Source: Craspedostauros australis (Eukaryota). From it: a DNA stretch of 64,000 nt. The stretch is from positions 1 through 64,000 of the forward strand of contig JALAGF010006261.1 of the NCBI GenBank assembly GCA_030167865.1. The letters are read 5' to 3'. How positions within the stretch are numbered: position 1 is the stretch's first letter; each line of letters opens with the position of its first letter. The translations under genes and the position numbers were made by a program. Of this stretch, positions 57,849-64,000 are shown piece after piece. The notes beneath the pieces are model-generated. The model searched no databases, was not told the DNA's origin, and worked only from the letters and a program-made list of their open reading frames with translations.

Positions 57849-58600
57849 CTTGCTTCGCCCGGTCCCGCCTGTCCTGGTATGCGAGTGGTCAATGTGTCTC
57901 GGTTGGGTCCTTGCCGGTTGGGCGTGCTCAAGTGAGGAGGGGTCAGCCGTCGCTGTGCCAAGGGACCGAATGAAGGATCAATGACGAGAGAGGCAGGGCG
58001 GAGCAGGGGTACACGTTCCTGGTTGAATTCAATTCCTCTTCGCTTCAATAACTCTGAGTTGTCGTTAGTTGTAGTGCGTGAGTCTGTGTGTGTTCTGTGC
58101 TGTGGAGTCTTCTCAGAGACTCTGTGGTGTTGAGTGTGGACCACACTGGCGCCCACCTCCATCCACAATCAGCCGATCTCTGGAGCTCGTGTTGCACGCT
58201 GTGTATTGTTGTGTGGGAGGTGCCAGCGCGCATGAGATTTCTCGACCGTTGGAATGACCCAGCGAGCGCACCGCTCAATTTGTATTCGTGTTTCAGTTTG
58301 GTCCGACTGGTCGAATTGCGGTTCTGGACAACACAAAACAAGACAAGAAGAGAATGGACAACTCAAACAAGACTAAAATCGCCTGTTCCAACATTCGAAG
58401 CTAGAATTCAGCTTGGCGTGATGGTCTCTCTACTTCACGGGTCCTCAGTGTCAATCGTTATCGCCACCATCATCATTGCTGTAGAAGTTATGTTACTTCA
58501 CATGCAACACTTCGCTCGACTCTCAAGATTGCAGAGTGCTTTACTTCACTGTTACTATCATGTCCGACTTCATGACCATCACCACTTCACTCTTCGTTCA

Positions 58601-61600
58601 TCAAGTTTGTTCTGCTGCCGTTGTTGCTGCTTGTTCGTGCTGACGAGTCTTGCGCGAAGAGGAGCGTCGGTTCGACGGCGACAGCATGCGGCGCGTGCCT
58701 GCGGATCTCTGCGCATCTTCGGTGCCGTCGCTCTGCCGTGCGACGCTAGGGTTCTTGCGCAAACTCGAGGAGCTGTCGCCATTGCGCGTGCCGCGGCTGC
58801 GTCGTTCCACGCTGCTCGTCTTTCCCGCCAATGAACGAGTCGAGATGCGTCGGTTCTGCCGTCTCTGCACCAGTTCCGGGCTCATCGGCGATAGCATTCC
58901 GCTGTTGTGGAATGAAGAACTCGATTCAGGCGGGGAGTCTCGGTGTGCTTTGCCATTTGGCGTGCCTATCGCCGCGATATTCTTGCGGCCCCTCGAGGTG
59001 CTCGGTGTGCGTTCGAAGTTTCGGTTTGATGTCGAGCCTTGTTGCATCGGTGAGGGTGATATCGGTGCGTCCAAGGGCAGAGAATCGTTGCTCGATGCCG
59101 AGCGTGATCTGCCGGATTTCGAACGAGAGGTGGATCTGGAACGATGCGATCGGCGTCCAGCGCGATGAGGCTTGCGGCGACGGACGCGGCTAGATGAGTT
59201 CTGTGACGATGGTGATAGCGACAGCCGCCCGCTTTCGTTCCAGTCGTTTGGGAGATCAATGCGAGCCCGCCGGCCGCTTCGAGACGAGCTGCTCATGCTG
59301 CCGAAGCTGCTGTTGAAGGAGGTTTGGGATTGCTGGTTGTCACACATGTTCTGCATTCGCGGCTTGCCATGCTCGTAGCTGTCTGATCCATCCCTCAAGG
59401 GCATCGTGCCGAGCATGTCCAACGATGACGGATTGAACGAGTAGTCGCCATCGCATGTTGATTCGTTTTTGTTGGCGGATCTGGTGCCGTTGCCATTCAT
59501 CTGCGGGCGGGATAGTCCTGGGCTGGGCAGATGGTTGCGGTTGCCGAATGGCTTTATCTGCAAATCCTTGCCAGGACTTGATGGACTGTCCCACCGAGAC
59601 TGCAGCTGTACCATGCGCTTCGATGGTACCGGCGCAGTTTGTGGTGCATCAGTCGCGGATGCACTCGATCGAACTTTGCGACGTGGCTTTGGTGTTGCAG
59701 ATGCTGGCTGTTTCTTGGGTTTTGGTGTTGACGATGACGAGGGCGCTCGCTTCGAGCGTCCCACCGAGGACGAGCGAGATCTCTTGCCGGCAGGCCTGTT
59801 GGGCGATTTGAAATCAAGAACCGGCGCAGAGGCTGACATGGCCTCCTTTTCCTTCCTTCGGGACGATGACGACGATGACGGTTGCCGCTTGCCTGATGAT
59901 GGGGTTGCTGGGAATGGAACTTGAGGACGTTCCTTGGAATGGTCATCCTGAGGGCGATGCGGAGACTTCGGTGTTGCTTTCGGTGACCTCTGCCTCGATA
60001 CTTTCCGCTTGGAAGTTGTCGACGCTGTCAACTGGAATGGATCCCAGTCTTGCTTAGTCGCACTTCCATGCTTCTGCGACGGCGTACCAGGCACTGACGG
60101 TGTCCGCTTGGAAGATGCACTTGTCGAACGCCGAGACTTGGATGACTTGCTTTGTGCTGGTGAGGGCGGGGACAGAGATGGCGGCGAGGACGTCGACGAT
60201 GATGATGGAGTCGATTTTGGAGAATACTTCGCTGGCTTCATTCTCGATGGGTCGAACTGCAACGGGCTGTCCGGCGTGCTCCTCGACTGCCTGTTATACA
60301 GCTCATCCAAGTACGCTTGGGTGCTGTGTTGAGAATCATCGACAGTTGGGATCCTGCCGAGGCGAGCACCTGGAGATGACTTCGATTTTTCATTCTTTAC
60401 TCGTATTGAAGCGTCCTCGTCAAATGAGAATGACGGTGGCTTGACGACGCTCGTGCTTGCTCCGTCGGCCTTCTTTACATTCGAGCGCGCAGGCTTCCTC
60501 CTTTGAACTACATACGAGGCGTCTTCTGCAGAATCATCCGAAGTACTGGGAGCACTCTTTAGCTGCGGGCTGGTATCATTGGCATGGTGCTTCAATATCC
60601 CGTTCACCTTGTTGGGATCTTCAAAATCGCAACTGAAGGCTTCCGTTCCGTCACCAATTCCCATGCTGTCCTGATCGGAATCGTACGATGCGTCCGACGC
60701 AAGGCTCTGATTCATATGGTACGACGGTTCCCTCTTCTTTCGTCGATGCAGAGGCAGGCTTGCCGTACGGGCCGGTTTTGACTTTTTCTTGGGCGGTGTC
60801 TTCTGCAATTTTTTCGGTGTGCTGCTGTGTGCTGGTGCGGGTGGCGGGCTCTGCGATACTGGCGGTCCTTTCGACATGTCGACCAACTCCTGCTCGCTCT
60901 TGCTCGCAGCGTTCGAGTTTCGCCTGGATTTCGAGGAGAGGAGTTTGGGGAAGCCTGGCGACCAGCTGGTGGAGCGTCCCGGCGTGCTTGGCTTCTTGAT
61001 GCTCTTGTGGCTGACAACACCCGCGCTTCCGTTGTGGCTGAATTTCCCGCTTTTGTTGTTCTTGGAACTGGAGGGCAGCATCAATGGCGCATCGTCATCC
61101 ATCTCGCTGGCGTGCGATGACTCGCCCATGCGAAGGCCGGGGCCGGAATACGGACCCCGATCGTCTTTGCCCGAATTGTGCAGTCCGTCGTTGATGGAAT
61201 CGCCTCTACTGCGATTGCCGTCCAATCCGGAGCTGCTGTTCAGATGTCCACCGCGCCGATCAGCGTCGAGGATGGAGTCAAACTCCATGCTGGCATTTCC
61301 CTTCTCCAGGTCCTGTTCCTCGTCATCCGTCGAGTCCGGCTGCGGGATCTGCTCCTGCCTGCCATGATTCCGCCCACGATGGTGTCCAAAATCGTCGGTG
61401 CCGCGGTTGGATGCCTCATTTCCAATCTCGTTCGGGAACAATGGATGAGCTTCGAGTGTTGTGATGAATGTGCAATATGCCAGATGGATGACGGAGAGCA
61501 GAATCCAAATAAGCAGCCCGAGGTACAGTGGCAGCGACAGATCTGTCTTTGCCATGGCATCCAAGATGCCGTTGGGCTGGACCATGAACGGGATCGCCAT

Positions 61601-62473
61601 CAACAGACCGACACCAATGAGGATGCGTCCGATCCACTCCTGCGTACGTTCTTTTCTGTACTTCCGCTGCAACAGACTCGATAGAATGATGGAACTCTCC
61701 ATTGGGTGGATCGGAAGCATGAAATTCAGCAGGAGCAGCACTGCCTGCAATGCGACCGCACGCCGTGCCAGCGTCCCCACCCAATCGTAGTCATTGATGT
61801 AGAACGAATGCTCGAAATATTTGAGACCGGCCGAAACGAAGAGCACGAACAGCCAGAAGATCAGTTGGCATAGCCACGCGAGTGATCCGTACGCTATTGG
61901 TAGTAACATTTCCTGCGTCGTTCGTCTTGGGGCTGTTGTCGGCGTTGGCGTCGTCATTGCAGCTGTGTCCATGTCGGCGTTTGTGTCTGCGATTGCCAGC
62001 GTTTTGGATTGAAATTTAGTGTCAGCGGCGATGTCAGTTTCTGATTCTGTCGCCAGCGCGAAGCCTTTATCTGTTGGTAACGATGTTGATGTTGACGTCG
62101 ATGCAGATACATTCGTCTGTCCCACGTCATTGGTGGCTGATGCTGACGCTGTCGCTATCGTTGCTGATGTATACGACATGGACATGGTTCCCAAAGGCCA
62201 CAGTATCATCTCCGTGCACTTGTGATCTCCACCATGATGATGATTGCCAAGGAGCTTGGCCAGGCCGTAGGAGAACATGGTGATCAAGAGGATTGGTCCG
62301 TACAATACAAACGCCATGGATGTGTATCCAGCGTCACTGTGATCCCTGCTGTATCTCGCGATCTCTACGACGAAGGGGATGAAGTAGGTTGCAGATAATC
62401 GCATGCTCGTTCCGCCGAACCATGTTCCCAGTGGCACGGCCGTATACCTCGGTGCCTTTGACAGCCATTCCAT
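58601..62473 (-). CDS. Membrane protein with degenerate peptidase M50 (site-2 protease)-like N-terminal domain and ~940-aa disordered S/P/R/K-rich tail
   Basis: 3.9-kb ORF, first ATG at 62473. The N-terminal ~350 aa follow the M50 layout (VPLGTWFG..MRL, LYGPILLIT.., ILWPLG, IAYGSL, LLNFMLPIHPMES), but the HExxH and NPDG motifs are substituted. Confidence 0.75.
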   Translation of the reverse strand: MEWLSKAPRYTAVPLGTWFGGTSMRLSATYFIPFVVEIARYSRDHSDAGYTSMAFVLYGPILLITMFSYGLAKLLGNHHHGGDHKCTEMILWPLGTMSMSYTSATIATASASATNDVGQTNVSASTSTSTSLPTDKGFALATESETDIAADTKFQSKTLAIADTNADMDTAAMTTPTPTTAPRRTTQEMLLPIAYGSLAWLCQLIFWLFVLFVSAGLKYFEHSFYINDYDWVGTLARRAVALQAVLLLLNFMLPIHPMESSIILSSLLQRKYRKERTQEWIGRILIGVGLLMAIPFMVQPNGILDAMAKTDLSLPLYLGLLIWILLSVIHLAYCTFITTLEAHPLFPNEIGNEASNRGTDDFGHHRGRNHGRQEQIPQPDSTDDEEQDLEKGNASMEFDSILDADRRGGHLNSSSGLDGNRSRGDSINDGLHNSGKDDRGPYSGPGLRMGESSHASEMDDDAPLMLPSSSKNNKSGKFSHNGSAGVVSHKSIKKPSTPGRSTSWSPGFPKLLSSKSRRNSNAASKSEQELVDMSKGPPVSQSPPPAPAHSSTPKKLQKTPPKKKSKPARTASLPLHRRKKREPSYHMNQSLASDASYDSDQDSMGIGDGTEAFSCDFEDPNKVNGILKHHANDTSPQLKSAPSTSDDSAEDASYVVQRRKPARSNVKKADGASTSVVKPPSFSFDEDASIRVKNEKSKSSPGARLGRIPTVDDSQHSTQAYLDELYNRQSRSTPDSPLQFDPSRMKPAKYSPKSTPSSSSTSSPPSLSPPSPAQSKSSKSRRSTSASSKRTPSVPGTPSQKHGSATKQDWDPFQLTASTTSKRKVSRQRSPKATPKSPHRPQDDHSKERPQVPFPATPSSGKRQPSSSSSSRRKEKEAMSASAPVLDFKSPNRPAGKRSRSSSVGRSKRAPSSSSTPKPKKQPASATPKPRRKVRSSASATDAPQTAPVPSKRMVQLQSRWDSPSSPGKDLQIKPFGNRNHLPSPGLSRPQMNGNGTRSANKNESTCDGDYSFNPSSLDMLGTMPLRDGSDSYEHGKPRMQNMCDNQQSQTSFNSSFGSMSSSSRSGRRARIDLPNDWNESGRLSLSPSSQNSSSRVRRRKPHRAGRRSHRSRSTSRSKSGRSRSASSNDSLPLDAPISPSPMQQGSTSNRNFERTPSTSRGRKNIAAIGTPNGKAHRDSPPESSSSFHNSGMLSPMSPELVQRRQNRRISTRSLAGKTSSVERRSRGTRNGDSSSSLRKNPSVARQSDGTEDAQRSAGTRRMLSPSNRRSSSRKTRQHEQAATTAAEQT

Positions 62474-64000
62474 GAGGTCCACATCCAATGCCCCTCCAGA
62501 GGAAAGTGAAGATGATGTTGACTTTGAGGGGTTCGTTGGCGTTCAATAAGGGGGTTCTAGTGCCTTTCTCTCTCCAGAGTGTGGGGATGTGTGGGTGCGC
62601 CTCCGGTGAACTGAACGTTCAATGTGACAGTTGTTGCGACAATTGTTGTGACAGTTGTTGGGTTGATGGAATCCTCTGCGCAGATGCGCTGTTCTGATCT
62701 TGATGCTGCTTCTCCTGTTGTGGATAGAGATTGGTGTCGATGACTCTCGTGGGTGATCTGTGCAATTCCTGCGCGGAGAGTGGGAAAACCAAAGATGCAA
62801 TGATGCGTGCGCTGGCTCCGATCAGATTGGGCTGCTTGGGTCTCTGCTGGCTTGCTATCGTCTGAGCGGAAGCGGCGGGCGGGTTGCGGATGTTTGTGCA
62901 CGTGAGAGAAGAAAGCAGATGGGTATGGGGGCTGGGGGCCACCCTCGATTTCGTTGTTGCCGACGCTGCTGTTGTTGATGATGTTCGTGCGTGTTGATGT
63001 TGCCTCTTGTCTCTGTCTCCCTATCTTTTGTCTTGACGCTGGGTTGGGCTGTCGCTGGCTGTCGCTCTTGCTTGCCTTGGTCCCTGCCCGAACACACGCA
63101 TGCAAACACGCCGAGAGAAAGACACGTGAGAAAGAGGAGGTCTTCTGTGGCCGGAAAGCAGAAGAAGGGAAGGGCACAACAAGATTGCTCAGTCTCCGGC
63201 TTTTGTCGTCGCCTCCCGCGCAAAACCGATCTCTCCACTGAAGCCGATGCGGAGAAGAAGTGCAAAACCAGCATCACTCCCAACAGTGCTTGCAAGCATG
63301 TCATCAACACTGCCATGAGTGATAAGAGGCAAACAGAGCGCCAAAACCGTGAGACATCGCTTCGCGTGAGGTGATACAATTTGGTGAATTTGTGATGGAT
63401 GCTAAAGTGTCTTGTTTTGCTTGTTATGTTGTTGCAAGACACCGAGACGTGATGGGCCCATAACAACTCGACTTGAGCAAGACACAGTTGTGACCTTCCT
63501 GTTGCCACTAATTAAACGGCCCTTGTGCCAAGAGGCTCTTAGTTGCATCGTTCGTGACACCAACCAAGACTTCACAAGTCACAATTTGGCTCGCCCATTT
63601 GTAATTTTATGCCTGTCTGCTGGTTTGTCGGCATCACAGGTCGTGCTTGTGCAGTACATGGCCTGTACATGGAGGGGACGCTGCAACCTCCTCGCCTCAC
63701 CCCACGCCAGAGCCTATTCCTCTCTCCGTATATCCACGGAAGAGAACATGGTGAGATCGTCGTGCACGCAAGCGTACCAATAGTGAAGACAGCACGCCAT
63801 CCAGCAACCAAAGTAGTTCACCTTGTTGATTCATCATCCTACGTTCCACACTTGTTCTGAACATCTTTGCAAAGCGTGATGCCATTCTGCCATTGCTCTT
63901 TGCATTTCTTTGAATTGGGTCATCTGTTGGTATTAGTCCTGTCGAGCACTCTACTCCACAGGTGATGGAGCTTCATTGCAACATCTCAACTGGTGGCCAA

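Noticed and set aside
62500..64000. Possible transposon remnant or gene at the right end
   Set aside because: There is a slight compositional shift, but no RT, integrase or transposase motif, no terminal repeats and no long ORF.

Overview
This window is eukaryotic nuclear DNA, most likely from a diatom. The evidence is GT-AG spliceosomal introns, ASAFAP-type bipartite plastid-targeting presequences, a diatom-style receptor cyclase-phosphodiesterase fusion, and many microsatellites. I can support about 19 protein-coding genes; for 10 of them I rebuilt the exon structure by hand because the ORF track splits or misses them. In order: SLC34 Na/Pi transporter (3' part), a Zn-finger-like orphan, a secreted orphan, a PP2C-cNMP phosphatase, RBBP6/Mpe1, plastid TerC, UBL3/MUB, a YccU-like CoA-binding protein, a BAG6-like UBL/Tudor protein, a membrane orphan, a 7TM protein, a 5-exon cyclase-PDE, an SCCPDH-like oxidoreductase, a sulfotransferase, a SAM methyltransferase, a 78-aa plastid microprotein, a 3201-aa repeat/coiled-coil protein and an M50 pseudo-protease. 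I saw no rRNA, tRNA, CRISPR array or intact transposon. The best novelty candidates are (1) the giant intronless protein with about 21 VDHxP motifs arranged in a higher-order repeat, plus acidic GW motifs, (2) the hidden plastid microprotein split by a 690-bp intron, and (3) a possible cGMP signalling set (7TM, cyclase-PDE, cNMP-binding PP2C). All family assignments come from motif recognition by eye; no searches were run.
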